Notes: generated by a model not told the origin, from the letters alone. A DNA stretch of 64,000 nt from the human T2T-CHM13v2.0 reference genome, Homo sapiens (GCF_009914755.1 NC_060926.1); one strand, 5' to 3'. Shown: positions 13,631 to 27,756, numbered from the stretch's first letter. Translations and numbers: made by a program.

Positions 13631-16600
13631 TGAGAACTAGTTATGAAGGCATTGCTTTTGGATCTCTTAAGTCTTAAGTCTACCACAAAATCCCTAGTGG
13701 TGGGAATCTCAATCTGGGGCTGACCGATAAAGAAGTTTCTGGCTAGCAGCCCCTCAAATCAGGGTCTTGGGGCAGTTACCTGCAAACACAGCAGCTCCTG
13801 TGTTTCATACTTGAAGGCCCCTGGGAAGTCCCTGTTCCCTATTTGGCAGTTAGGAGCTGAGATTTCATCTCACCATTATAAATTATTCAACAAACTTTCA
13901 TAAGTTCTTCCTAGGAGGTTTGTACTAGTGCCTGTAGAGGCATTATGTGATACACAAAGACAAAGACGTGGTCCTGCCCTTCAGGAGTAGTAATCCAGAT
14001 ATCACCTGCTGCTCTTAAGAACCTCTACCCCATGTCTTAAGGGAAATCCAATAACTGCTCTAGGAGTTTTGCAGTGCTCAGGGATTTGTGCTTCATTTAG
14101 TCATCTTGGGCTTTGCTATCTTACTGATGCTGGATTTTTGTTTATTGTGTCTTCTGGGTGTTTCTTTATCTTTGCCCTAGTATCAACTCAGACATAGGAT
14201 GCAGTTTCTTCCCCTTAATTCTTTGCTCTTAGTCCTAAAATATCACTCTGGGGAGCAGCTGTGGGTGGTAGCGTTTTACTAAAGAGATGGGTAATGGTGA
14301 GAGAAGTTATATGGCATTCCATAGTTAGATAATCAACAATTGAACATTGGGCTCTTGAAGAAGTTCTTCAGCCATTTCTCTCAACGTGAGTACTGGGCAC
14401 CTGCTATGTTTTTTGGCCCCCTCTGTCTTTCCTCTCTGTGCTGCCTTTCAGCCACTCCAAAAAGAAAAATAGTATTTTCTCATACTGATTTATAGTGAGC
14501 AATCCAGCTCTCTCTCTTCCTACCCATAAGCTGTGCTTGGGATTCAGCTGCATGGCTGTTATTCACCAACGTACTCTGCTAAACAGTGCACTAATGATTC
14601 CATGTCCCACCCATTCTCCTTTCTGTCTGATTAGGTGAGTTATATCGCTGCCACCGCCCCCCCGCCAACTCCTCTGGAAGTACAAATGGAGATAGCCACA
14701 TTCCGTTTATATGACATTTTCTCTTATTTTCCTTGCAGACGTTTGAGACCTAGAAAAATCTTGGAAGAATTTATTTATTGAATTCTTCATTTCCACACTT
14801 AAAGGACAAGGGCAAGCCTTGTTCGCCATTGTATTCCTATCACCTACACACAAAGTAAGCACTCAACGAATATTTATTATGTAAGTGAGTTTACACTTCC
14901 AGGAGAGCTGCACTGGAGTTAAACGTGTTCATTTTTTCTTTAAATAGCTCGGCACCACCTAATGTTCATCTTATCTAATATATACTGTATTCTAGTCATC
15001 ATTTCAGGGTACTATTAATTTAAAAACAGGTATAATTTATCAGGCTTGCATTCTGTTCACAGCATTCTCATTGACATCTAAGGCAAAACAGTGAGGACCT
15101 GGCAAAACGTTTTTGCTTTGCTGACTGTGGCTCTGTTCTCTTCAGGAGCCATGGCTGCCAATATTCCCAAGAGAGAATGAACTTTTGACTCTGGGCATCA
15201 TACAAAGCCTCAAGCTGTTCCCTGTAGAGTGAAGAGCTTGGATGGAGTTAAGGACTTCAGTGGTTCTTGCTAATGCTTTCAGGCAGCTTCACCTGTATTT
15301 GCATCATCCAGGCAGTCTGCGCCTGAGAAGCACACAGAACAGCTAAAGATCACGGCTTGTTTTGAATATGCCAGCCAGGATTCCTGGGAATCTGAGTATT
15401 GGAATCAATGTCTGACAATTTTTTTTCTTTAAATAACCCCCAACAGCTTTGCCACCACCAGTTGTCACCTGTGTGTTTTTAAGCCATCGTGTCCTTGAAA
15501 GGAGTGCCATCTCTTACGTATCCTGTTTATTTTCTCAGGTGAAATGATCTCACAAAAACATCTTAACTTAATGAAATTACCAGCCTGTACCAAAAAGCTT
15601 TCTGTTTGAATAGGGCATTTCTTTACTTCCCAAGTAGCTTTGCAATGAGAAAACTGATGGTGATATAGCTGTTGACCTTAAAGATGCAATATTTGTGAAC
15701 TTTCTCAGGAGAAGGTTGTGCTATTTACCTGGTCCTTCAGTGAAATATGATGCTTCCTTACAGAGGTAGAAACGCTTTGGATTTTAGATCCACAATGTGA
15801 CAGGTTTCCTTACTTTCATTGCCCACTGCCTGCATTTTGTTTGGAAGCTGGAACAAGAGAGCTGCTGATACTGTTTCAGTGGATTCCTTTGTTGTGTTCT
15901 CTTCTCAATTTGAAAACCATAAGAATTGCTACTCAATAAAAAAAATAACAGTTGAACTTCATTTTAGTATTGGTTTTGTGATTCCAGCAGTGAGCACTGC
16001 AGCAAGCTCTGGAGGAAGCTTTTGGGAGTCTCCATAATTTTGTCCTGACCCCAGCTGGTGATCAGTTTATGTCCTGAAGCTTGCAGAAGAATAGCCCTAA
16101 TAATTCCTTTCCTAGTGCGGGTGCATTCTAGCTTGCTGTATCTGAAAGGAAAATCTGAAAGGTGACAGTGTTTTGAAATGTTATACCTCTGGAAACAGGA
16201 AGAGAAACACCTTGAATTAATGATCTTCTTATTTGCTAAAAAGAGGAAGCATTTTGTGTTCACATGAGAATGCTGTTCAACAACTCTAACTTATTACAAT
16301 GTTTATGATCCATTTATGATTTATTTCTCCTCCCTTTTCTTTAACATATTATTTTAATCATCCAGTCACTCAATTGTGCTATTATTCTTGTATTCTTTAT
16401 TCATGTATTCTTTTACTTAATACTTATCTGTTAAGTACTTTTTATGTGCAAGACACTGTGTAGAATAATTGCCCCTGCCTTCCTCAAAAAAATTATTTTT
16501 TACACCTAGAGGTTTATAAGCTAACAGGCAGATAGTAATTGACTATAGAGCTATATACAATACCAGGTGGTTAAAAATACATTCCTCTTGCATATTTTTA

Positions 16601-18329
16601 AACACCATTCAGATTACTTCTACTTATATTATCTGATTTAGTTCATTTTCACACTGCTTGTAGAGTTGGGATTAGAATCCATGTATTCTGGTTTTCTTTC
16701 CTTTTGTGATTGTGACTAGACCATCCTTATGCCAAGTGAATTTTACTTAGCATTGAACTACATTTACAGGATACATTTGCTTTTCTGAAAGTTTTGTCAA
16801 GGAATGCATGCAGACATTTTCCTTTATCATAATTCTTCCTTTGTTAGAAAAGTTTTTCATTATGATGTTCTTTACATGCCTGTTTGTTTCACTCATCCTG
16901 AGACCATTTGGAAGAGGGGGCATATTGCAATTAGAATGTTTGCAGAAAAGTGTGGTTGCCAGACTGGGGATGGCAGCAAAGAGACAAACAAAACATTCTA
17001 AAAGGTACTAGTAATTACTGTTTAAAATATGTGCAAAAAGAAAAGAATTCCCTGTTCTGGAAGATATAGTTAATTTACTTTTAAGAAGGGACGCAACAAT
17101 CTGGAGCAGATTGCACTGGTCGTTTAACCAACGAAAGGGAAAAATAAAATTATATCTCCCAGATAAACTTTACTCTCAATTATGATCTCTATGGTCTCTT
17201 CCAGCTCTAAAATTCAATGATTCTAATTATGTTCTCTATGAACGCGTTGTTTCAACTTCTCTAACAAAATAGACTATGAGGCTGCTTCTCCCTAACTCAG
17301 GGTAGAGTGGAGAGATGAGAATATCCAGTTAACATAATAGATATAGAAAGTGAGGCCAGATAATTTTTTTCTGGCTTTTGCAATTCAGCTCACTTTATGT
17401 TATATAAATTCAATCTGAAAAAAGACCCACATAGATGAGTCTACGGTGGCAGAGACAGAATGATAGATTATCAACAACAAATTATTCCATAATGGGTAGT
17501 TAGACATGTTTATGTTACTCCAAAGTGTCATATTTGGAGTTTGTTTTTTCCCTTATAAGGCAATTTCATATTTGACATCATCTTTGCTTTTCTAATAACC
17601 CTGTGATATGACAAATATGATTAACAGCATGATGTAAACCATAAGTTCTAAAAATTTTTTTCTTCTTCAGATATCCAAATGACATCATACACTCAAATCA
17701 ATAATAGAGCTCACAATGGTAGAAGTTCTCAGCAGGAGGGCTTTTCCATCCTCTCCAGGATGCATACTGGAATCTGAGGAGGGGTTTGCTCCACAGTGAA
17801 TTTTATTTGCATTTCACTTCCAACCAAAATGATGCTCCTCCCAACCTCTTCCTATTGTAAACTATTATTTCTAACTGATGACCCTCTTTGATTATCTAGG
17901 AATCCTGTAAACGTCAATTGAGGGAGATGAAGGAAGTCATTAGTATTTCTAAACAGCCAGAGGAGAAGGATCAGGAAAGAGGAACACTGGATACCATCAC
18001 TTTTTCAACTAATCTTTACCTCCAGATACTTGGGTGGACATAAAGACCATGCGATGGGCTATGTAGGGAACCCCTTTGGAGAACACTGAGACTAATCAGC
18101 TGTGCCAGTCATTTCTCCCAGTTAATTGAATTTGTTTACTAACCCAATTATAAGGATACTTAATTTTCATTTATGTCATAGGGAAGACTCATAATTACAT
18201 GCCTATCTGCATTTTGCTTCCATAAAATGATCTTAACAGACACAAGCCTTGCTATCTTGCTTTCAAAGACAATAGAGACAAAACTTATGAATGCTAACTA
18301 ACATTCATCAGGGCCCTTGAGTTAGTAGT

Positions 18330-19460
18330 TTATCTGTGCAGAAGACACGGAAAATACCTCCTGAAGAATATAGGATTTGAGCAGTCTCAATCATGGGTAG
18401 GATGTGACACGAAAAATTGTGTAGTTGGTATATTAGTGCATTTTAAACAAAAGTGGTTGTTTTGGAAAATGTACAATTTCCTGGGCAAAACAAAGCAACA
18501 CCAAGTGGTGGAACATTAAAATAAATGAGGGAAAACTGGAGTAATTGGCCCCAGTCATGTCACAATGGGTCTTCAGTGCCAGATTCTTTATATAGAAGCA
18601 TGACAGTTTTTGAGTAGGGATATGCCATGATTACATTCATGTTTCCCAAAGCTAATCTTTTAGCAATGTTTGTAGAAAAGACCAAGATGAGGCTCTTGCA
18701 ATGCTCCAGTGAAAGTTTTGAGAGCAAAAATCACAATACTAACAGGACTCTATCTGGAGGTAGCAAACATAAGGAGGTAGAGGTGGAGATATGGAGGCAG
18801 AGTCACAAGATTTCGAACTGACTGGATATAAATTTGGGGTGTAGTAAACAGAGTCAGGAATGAGTTTAAGTTGGGACAGAATCAGAAGCGAGTTACAGAG
18901 GGTCAGGAATGAGTTGAAGTTGGTTGGTTGGTAGGTATATAGAATATATTTTCCCAGTGAAATAATATTGCGATGGTATGTTTCCAGTTTTGTCCATAAA
19001 ACACTGTTTAATTCATAAGGTGGCTCCTACATTAGAAAAGTATGGTGGGAACAGCAGACAAGGATCAATGCAAGAGATGTGAGAGAGTTAATCAACAAAA
19101 TTTACATCAAATTGGGTATGGGAGACAAGAGGAGATGATTCCAAGGTTTTGAACTGGGTGAATAAAAAGATAATGATGTTATTCATAGAAATGGGAACAT
19201 AGAAGGAGGAGTTTTGGACAAGTGAAATTGAGCTGGTGGATGTGAGTCAAAGCATCTTGCTTGCCAGCTCTGTGTTCATCATTAGTGCTCTTCAACAGGC
19301 CAGTAAAATTTGGGGCCCGGAGTTTACAGATAATTGGGTTTTTGAGAGAGGTTGGTAACTATTTCCATTGTGGTGATAGTTGAAATTGCAGGAATTGGTG
19401 AAGGGGTGGGATGCATTGCTCAAATACAAAAGGAGGAGAGAAAGAGCCAGGGGAGATCTT
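18330..19460 (-). mobile_element. L2 remnant(s), antisense
   Basis: TTTTGAGTAGGGATATGCCATGATTACATT, GATGATTCCAAGGTTTTGAACTGGGTGAA, CATAGAAATGGGAACATAGAAGGAGGAG. Approximate. Confidence 0.65.
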
Positions 19461-22222
19461 TGGAGAAAATACATGAGAAGTATAGCTAATAAATATACTG
19501 GCTTTGTTCTATGCAGAAATCAAAAGTGTGCCAGTGAAATATACTGCCTCTCTGAAATAACAGCGTTGTGTGTGGGGAGTGAGGGGGGATAGGGTTGAAT
19601 ATTATATCCTGGTTCCCACTTTTAAATCAAACCGAGCAAAGATGACATGATTTGTAAATGTTCTCAGTTGTCAATCCTGTTGTAATGTTTATTTTCAGTT
19701 GGGGAATGTTTTCCCTTGTAAAGATCAAAGAAAGCTAAAGCTCCAGGTTTGTGCACAGGGAGGGTTTGTAACACACACGCTTCCCCATTTGTTGAGCCAG
19801 TGACCTCCAACTTGATTCAGAAGTAGCATTCACTGCAGAATGAGAAATGATTCATTTCTGGTTCAACTTTAGCCTTGGGCCTGTTCCTACATAAAGAATT
19901 GCTGGGTGAGCTTGATTATATTCAGAGGCTTAGAGGATTGAACTTCCAGAAAGTACTCCCTTAATCATTTCAGTCTGGTCCTCAACCTGACAGAACCAAG
20001 AGCCCTGAAGGGGAAATGCCAAAGGCTTATCTGTTTTTGACCAACATCTTAAGGGATTTTACTACTCTTGGGGCTTCTGTGGCCTGTTGCGTCCTTTGCC
20101 TTGTTTGCTTTCTGTTCTTTCTCCAATGCGTGAACGTCAAAACCAATTGATGTAAACCATGTAAGTTATCATCGCTCCTAACAGAGATTCTGAAACACCT
20201 CACTTAATTCTCGCTCCCTTGCAAGGCTCTGACAACCTCTCTATCTTATTTCTATCTTTCCTCAGCTTTATTTTCTTTCACAGACTGTTTCCCATGTCCC
20301 CTCCCTTTTGACGGCCCATTTAGTACCCTGCTCTCCCCAGTGGAGAGAGAGTTGCTCAGCAGAGTGTCATGCTGTAATGGAAGCGGGGTCCCACAGGTGC
20401 CCACTGCCTGTCCCTGAAAGCTTTTTCATCTTGTCCCTTGTTGCCCTGGAGAATAATTACATCAAAGACCAGTCCCAATGCCTGATATTTCATTACCTCC
20501 GTTTTTTTTTGTTTTTGTTTTTTTTGTTTTTTTGCCAAGCCCGCCAGTGGTGCCAGAAATCAAATCAGGGTTGCTGGCAGTGTTGCCTGCCTAGCATGTT
20601 CAGCCTCTCCACTGCCCGACACTCTAATGTTCCCTGATTGCAAACCCTGTCATCATCTTCTTTGAATTAGCTGCACCTCCTGAAATGGCATAATGGCCAT
20701 GCAGAGCTGGAGTGCTGATGCGGTGTCCTGTTTTAACTGTCGGTCAAAGCTCAGGCTAATGAATGCTATTAGCATATTAGCCTGCCAGCTTTGGGAGCCC
20801 AGAAGGAGCCGGGCAGCCAAACACAGTTGGCAAAGCACAGCCACAGTGCTTCAGAGAGCTCCTTGGCAATTGTGGCACCAGAGACTCCACAATGTAAATG
20901 TACAGACATGGGAATGTATGCAGAATTGGAAAGGTTATTGTTATAATATACGCTAGCAGTAGAAAATGGGATGAGAGATGACATTTTTTAACTGTGGGGC
21001 CCACCTCAGGCATTTTAAAGAATAGGATAGCCTTGGGAGTGCCCCGGGGCACTCATAGTCTAATCTTATATTCTTTTAGAAATTAGAATGTGTGGAAGCG
21101 AGGTATACTTTCCACATGACTCTTTTTTTAAAGATGGCTTGAGATACTCACCAGACATTAATTTCATTTTAGTTGTAATGACCAGTGATGGGCATCATTG
21201 CTTTAATAATTAGGCATCATTCTTAGGACTGCTTGTTGAGAGTAGACGGCAGCTTAATGACCAGGACACCACCCTCCCAACCTTCCATTAAAATTCAGCT
21301 TGCCAGAATAGCAAAATATGAAACCAATAATAACTAAAAAAATGCAGTTTTCTAGTAAATAGAGACTTGAAGTGGATATATATTCATCACTAATTTTTAC
21401 ATTAGTGTTTAGGATAAACATAATGTAAGAGCAGGTACCATGGTTGCTAGGTAACCAGTGGTGATTGTCATGCCCGATATTCAACTCTTAAAGGGTATGC
21501 TTAATGGGTATAATCTTCAATTTAATTTGAGATTAATTTAAAAATGTATTGCTTGAAATATTTTATGTTAATAAACTTTTAAATATTGCAACATGGTATT
21601 AACACTAAATGTGTGACAGGCACTGAATTCCAGAAAGGTTTCTTAAAACTGTATTAACTTGTGGTTAGAGCTAAATTATTCTACCCACAAAAATAACTTT
21701 TGAATAAATTAACAAATTAATTAGTGTTATCCTTAAAGACTTGGTGAGAACCTGCATATTTCTGGGTGAAGGATTGCAGACATAGCAAGTGTAATTATAA
21801 GGCCTGTAGCTAGAAGTTGGGTCTCTGGCTGTTTTTATTTGTCTATTGTTTCTTCTATTACATATGATCACTCTTCAATCTTTACTGTTAACAAGAGAAA
21901 TATATGAAGGAACTTCGACTTATTACACCTGAATGCAGCACTAGCATTTTAATTTTAATTTTGGAAAAATAATTTATAATAGTGGATCATGGCATTTTTT
22001 CACTCAAAGATCATGGTGCTTAAAATTCCTTATAATCTTCTTATTTTTATAATCTTCCTCCTGCTTGCTTATTTTTTGAAGTATTATTTATTCATTTATT
22101 CTTTCTTAAAGGTAAATACACGTATGCCTTTTTTTGGGTAAAATATGGTTAACCTGTTGTTTATTTAACCCCTTGGGAGTTGGATGAGTGTGATAAAATA
22201 AAGTTAAATAGGCCATTGGCTA

Positions 22223-22724
22223 TTGTGGACACTGTTGGTTGCTTATTTAACAACAAACCTTACTTGTGTTTCTCCACCCCTTAATTCCTTGCTTCAGATC
22301 CTTATTTCATTCACATTTCTGGAGGATGCCTCTCAATAAGGTGGATCTTGATTAATCTGTGGCTAAGGCAAGCACAAGAATTCCAGTTCCCTTGACTGTC
22401 ATTGGCTAAGGACTGGGCATGTGGTACAATTTGGTCAAAGAAACATGAGGAATATATTGAAAAAGGAGGTACCCTAATTTCCAATCTGGCATTTGAATAT
22501 TATGTGATCCCGTGACGTTTGAAGCTACAACACCAAACTATAATCACAAATACGGCAATCAGGACTAAAAGAACGAAGATGGCAGATAAAAAAGATGTCA
22601 TTGTTAAAACACTGAATTAATCAACTCTGGAACTTTAGACTTCTCATGTGAGAGAATACATTTTCCTTATTGCTTAGACAATACATTTTCCATTTCTTGT
22701 AGCCAAGACATTGTAAATGATATA
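22223..22724 (+). mobile_element. Old ERVL LTR (LTR33/LTR16-like)
   Basis: TGTGGACACTGTTGGTTGC...ATTGGCTAAGGACTGGGCATGTGGTACAATT...AGACTTCTCATGTGAGAGAATACA...CTTGTAGCCAAGACA..TGATATA. Confidence 0.7.
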
Positions 22725-23698
22725 ACCTTACCATTATTTTATTTTTAGTTAGAATTCATGCAAGGATAAATGCTTATGATTTCTCATTTGCCTTCCCCTC
22801 TTTGGCCATTAAAATTGCAGACAATGTACAATATATTCCATTGCTTCAACTGGCTGCCTGCACATGGCATATGCTTCCACCCTTGCCTTCAATGCAGCAA
22901 GCAGATGAACTGATTGATTGATTGTTCTGTTCATCAATCACTTGTAGGCAAGCCCCGCTGTCAGTTACCTAGGAAAAGCTATAAATACAATACAATCCCT
23001 ATAATCACAGCGTATTCAAAAAGACAAAACTGAGTTTGTGAGTGCATATTTGGAATGCATCTTTGACTGGAGTGTGGAGGAAGATGATGGATAAGGATGA
23101 GGAAGGGAAGAAAGACCTTAATTTGTATTTTCGGCAATAAAGCCCTGTTAGGAATTGCATTTTTATAAAAATTCATTGGCTCCCTCAGTGTCAATTTTCC
23201 TTCTAAGTGTTTGTAAGCAAGGTGAGCAGAGCTTATGATGAAGCACAAATGGAAGTCAATCATGCAGCATGGCAGCACCAGTTGAATATGGGGTGATAGC
23301 AGAACTTCAATTTGGACCAAAATTACTCAACTCAGGGAACCCCAACAGACTTATCTCTGTAAATAGCTCCCATTACGTGGATGGTTGGATAATATACATA
23401 TACTTACAGGACAGTGCTCTCATTATTGTCCACATTACATTCCAGCCACACCAAATTATTAACAGTTCCCAACACACTAGGTTATTCTACATTCTGTTCT
23501 TTTGCACATACTGTGAACTTTACATGAGTTGCCCTCCATTCCTTTTTTGTTGACTAAATTTAACTTATTCTTCAAAGGCATCTATCTAGCCACCAATTCC
23601 TAGATCACCATCTGCTGTGAGCCCTTTCTGGCTGGGTTTCTACTCCTAAAAGAGTTAATAGTCTTATTCCACTGCTTGTATCTTAAACAGTATCATAC

Positions 23699-25221
23699 TG
23701 AGAGGTGACAGCGTGCTGGCAGTCCTCACAGCCCTTGCTAGCTCTCTGCGCCTCCTTTCTGGGCTCCCACTTTGGCGGCACTTGAGGAGCCCTTCAGCCC
23801 GCTGCTGCACTGTGGGAGCCCCTTTCTGGGCTGGCCAAGGACGGAGCCGGCTCCCTCAGCTTGCCGGGAGGTGTGGAGGGAGAGGCGCGGGCGGGAACCG
23901 GGGCTGCGCGCGGTGCTTGCGGGCCAGCGCGAATTGCGGGTGGCCGTGGGCTCGGCGGGCCCGCTGCCCCAGGCAGTGAGGGGCTTAGCACCTGGGCCAG
24001 CAGCTGCTGTGCTCAATTTCTCGCCGGGCCTTAGCTGCTTTCGGGTGGCGCAGGGCTCGGGACCTGCAGTCCACCATGCCTGAGCCTACCCCCGCCTCTG
24101 TGGGCTCCTGTGCGGCCCGAGCCTCCCCGACGAGCGCTGCCCCCTGCTCCATGGCGCCCAGTCCCATCGACCACCCAAGGGCTGAGGAGTGTGGGCGCAC
24201 TGCATGGGACTGGCAGGCAGCTCCACCTGCGGCCCCGGTGCGGGATCCACTGGGTGAAGCCAGCTGGGCTCCTGAGTCTGGTGGGGACTTGGAGAACCTT
24301 TATGTCTAGCTAAGGGATCTATATCGGCACTCTATATCTAGCTCAAGGTTTGTAAACACACCAATCAGCACCCTGTGTCTTAGCTCAAGGTTTGTGAATG
24401 CACCAATCGACACTGTATCTAGCTACTCTGGTGGGGACTTGGAGAACCTTTATGTCTAGCTAATGGATTGTAAATACACCACTCGGCACTCTGTATCTAA
24501 TTCAAGGTTTATAAACACACCAATCAGCACCCTGTGTCTAGCTCAGGGTTTGTGAATACACCAATGGACACTCTGTATCTAGCTACTCTGGTGGGGACGT
24601 GGAGAACCTTTGTGTGGACACTCTGTATCTAGCTAATCTAGTGGGGACGTGGAGAACCTTTGTGTCTAGCTCAGGGATTGTAAATGCACCAATCAGCACC
24701 CTGTCAAAACAGACCACTCGGCTCTCTGTAAAATGGACCAATCAGCAGGATGTGGGTGGGGCCAGATAAAAGAATAAAAGCAGGCTGCCCGAGCCGGCAG
24801 TGGCAAGCTGCTGGGCTTCCCTTCCACATTGTGGAAGCTTTGTTCTTTTGCTCTTTGCGATAAATCTTGCCCCTGCTCACTCTTTGGGTCCACACTGCCT
24901 TTATGAGCTGTAACGCCACGAAGGTCTGCAGCTTCACGAACCCATCGGGAGGAACGAACAATTCCAGACGCGCTGCCTTAAGAGCTGTAACACTCACCGC
25001 GAAGGTCCGCAGCTTCGCTCCTGAGCCAGCGAGACCACGAACCCACCAGAAGGAAGAAACTCCGAACACATCCCAACATCAGAAGAAACAAACTCCAAAC
25101 ACATCCGAACATCAGAAGGAACAAACTCCAGACGCGCCACCTTAAGAGCTGTAACACCGCGAGGGTCCGCGGCTTTATTCTTGAAGTCAGTGAGACCAAG
25201 AACCCACCAGTTCCGGACACA
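23699..25221 (+). mobile_element. LTR12C-type (ERV9) solo LTR, 1523 bp
   Basis: Starts TGAGAGGTGACAGCGTGCTGGCAG, ends GAACCCACCAGTTCCGGACACA; 4-bp TSD ATAC (23695-98, 25222-25); CpG-rich U3, tandem CCAAT repeats and U5 tandem repeats. Confidence 0.96.
24290..24810 (+). promoter_or_regulatory. LTR12 enhancer/promoter: tandem NF-Y (CCAAT) and GATA-like repeats, GC box, AATAAAA TATA-like box
   Basis: CCAAT at 24361, 24403, 24520, 24561, 24689, 24738; GGGTGGGG near 24754; AATAAAA from 24773. Promoter activity of ERV9 LTRs is established for the family; activity of this copy is not shown. Confidence 0.7.
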
Positions 25222-26177
25222 ATACTTTTCACACTGCATGATGAAGAAATTTAGCTTTATTGTTAGGTAAGTACATGTGCTTCCCTTCAACCCAGTATTG
25301 GACTACATTGGTCAATCTGGGCTTCATACCAACATGTTTGTTGAACCAACTCACTTCCGTGTGTATTATTGCATTTATAATTATCTGTGCCTTTTGTTTC
25401 TCTCTACTGAGTGTCATCTGTGACTTTCAGGTGTTGATCATTATGCTTTGGAATGGAACAAAGAGAAAAGATGAGACTCAAGAAAGTCATTGTTTCTCTT
25501 AGTAATGAGAAGGAAAAAGTGAAGTGAAACTTAACAGCGAATGTGAGAGTTTTTGATTGCCTGTGGGCTTTCATTTTTTCTTTCCATCTGGACCTACTAA
25601 TTGAGATAATAGGTCAGGGAGACCTGGGTCTGTATTGGTAGGTATGATTGGATGGGCCCCAAGGAACTTCACTTTATTTTAGAATTAGGAGCTCATAGAT
25701 GAGGTAACTTGATTTGACCTTTGCCTTCATTCTCTTTATCTTGAGGTGACCCCAGTAGAGTCTGCCTTTAGCGGTCTCCTTGGGTCTTTGATAAACAAAG
25801 CAGTTAGGGCTGAATGAGCTGTGAAATGAATAAGGGAATATTGATGCCCCACTATTTAATTGCCTCCTAAATCCATGGTAAATTTTTCAGTGATTTTAAA
25901 CTCTGTAAGAATAGCAGACTCATTGATTTCTGTAATTCATTTATTTAGGGATTTCTATTATCAACTGAATTTGATTGATGGCTTTATGACAAATAGCTGT
26001 GTGCTCAGCATATACCAGCATTCTGTAAGCTCACTCAGCCATAAACAATTTGTGAATAATTCTTGGGTCCTTTTGCTGAGTCTGTACTTTGCTATTTAGG
26101 GAACAACTGATTGAGATTCCTTAGGTGAATGAGGTAAAGTGAAATTCCCACCTAGTTTGCTTGGATATATATATGTA

Positions 26178-26201
26178 GTGTGTGTGTGTGTGTGTGTGTG
26201 T
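26178..26201. repeat. (TG)n microsatellite
   Basis: Directly visible. Confidence 0.95.
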
Positions 26202-27452
26202 ATTTGTATGTGGACCCTGAGAATTCTCAAAGTCCTCTTTGAGATTCTGAGGCATTTTACTCTCAAACGTCAAGCCCCGTCTCATGATTCAGAATACATC
26301 AGAATCACTTGGACACGGAAATAGTGGTATCCTATGTGTGCTGTGATAATTGAGCCCTTCTCTAACTCTGTCTACCCAGACATAAGATATAGTAGGTAGT
26401 GATGTTATATGTTCATCAAAAATTAAAATGGATCCCCATACATCTTTTTAGTCTGTTCTTCTTGTTAAAGATTTTGATTCGCAACTTCCTCATGGATAGA
26501 AAACAAGTGTAATTTCTATTTTAGAGAAAATCAGATTTTATAAGACACCAGACTTGAAAACTTCTTTGCCAGTGAGATATTTTTGACTATAAATATTGCT
26601 TCCAGATTAATGGAAAATTGTGGCATGTATTTTAAAATCCTCTTCGTGATTTTCCTGATTATAAATCAATTTATCTATATTAGAAAAATTGAAAAATAAA
26701 AAATGTAAAGAAGGAAATAAAATTACCAATAAAACTACTAACCAGAATCACCACTATTACATTTCTAGTTATAATAGTCATTTTAACTAAATAATTTTCT
26801 TCTTAGAACAGTACACAGGCAAAGGTTATTATTTAGCAAAGGTTAATACTGGTCATAATGATGAGGCTTTTGTATTTTTGCTATTTACCTAAGATGGGCA
26901 AGCGAGTGTAGAGATTGAGTCAGAAGCTGGGTCAGGGACACTGTACCAAGTTGGACAAGTGTGTGGCTGAACGGAGCACCAGGCTCCCTTTACCTATTGT
27001 GGATGAGACATAAAACTTTTACTACAATCTGCAGAGAAAGACAACTGGGACAAATTAAAGTTTGACTTTAATCTCACATTTGGTTTTATAACTTATAAAT
27101 TCACTAATAAAAGTTTCAGCTGTCTAAAATAAAATGAACCTGCAAAGAAGCAATACTGAGAGAGATTAGAAAATTATGCTGTCTTTCCAGATATATCGCA
27201 TGAAAATATTTCTCTTGGAGTATGACGATTAGATGATATTTTTCGTATAGATTATGATAATTGGAAAATACTGTGATAATTTTAAAGCTAGGTAAAATAA
27301 GCAGATATTTTGAAGGCCAACATTCCTGTTGTCATCTAATGTTTATTTACACTAGCTTCCCTGAGTATAAAATAACTGTTCTTGGTTATTTGATGAAATG
27401 AGTTACCTATTTCACACTTAATTTCTTGGGATTTAGAAGTCAGTGCTGTGAT

Positions 27453-27756
27453 GGCCAGGTGTGGGTAGTTCACGCCTGTAATCCCAGCACTTTGTGGGGC
27501 CGAGACAGGCAAATCACCTGAGTCAGGAGTTTGTGACTAGCCTGGCCAACGTGGTGAAACCCTGCCTCTACCAAAAATCCAAAAATTAGCCGGGCATGGT
27601 GGCACACGCCTGTAATCCCAGCTACTTGAGAGACTGAGTGAGGCAGGAGAATCACTTGAACGGAGGAGGGGGAGGTTGCAGTGAGCTGAGATCGCACCAC
27701 TGTACTCCAGCCTGGGCAACTGAGCAAGACTCAACTTTAAAAAAAAAAAAAAAAAA
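27453..27756 (+). mobile_element. Alu (AluS-type)
   Basis: GGCCAGGTGTGG...poly(A); degenerate TSD AGAAGTCAGTGCTGTGA / AGAAGTCAATACTGTGA. Confidence 0.96.

Noticed and set aside
18848-18925. Short imperfect direct duplication (GTCAGGAATGAGTT..AAGTTGG twice)
   Set aside because: Ordinary local slippage duplication inside an L2 remnant; similar ones at ~6365-6408, ~55200-55270 and ~55612-55660.
23713-25290. Dense GC-rich ORF cluster and apparent CpG island
   Set aside because: Entirely inside LTR12C; stop-poor because of GC content. Not a host-gene CpG island.
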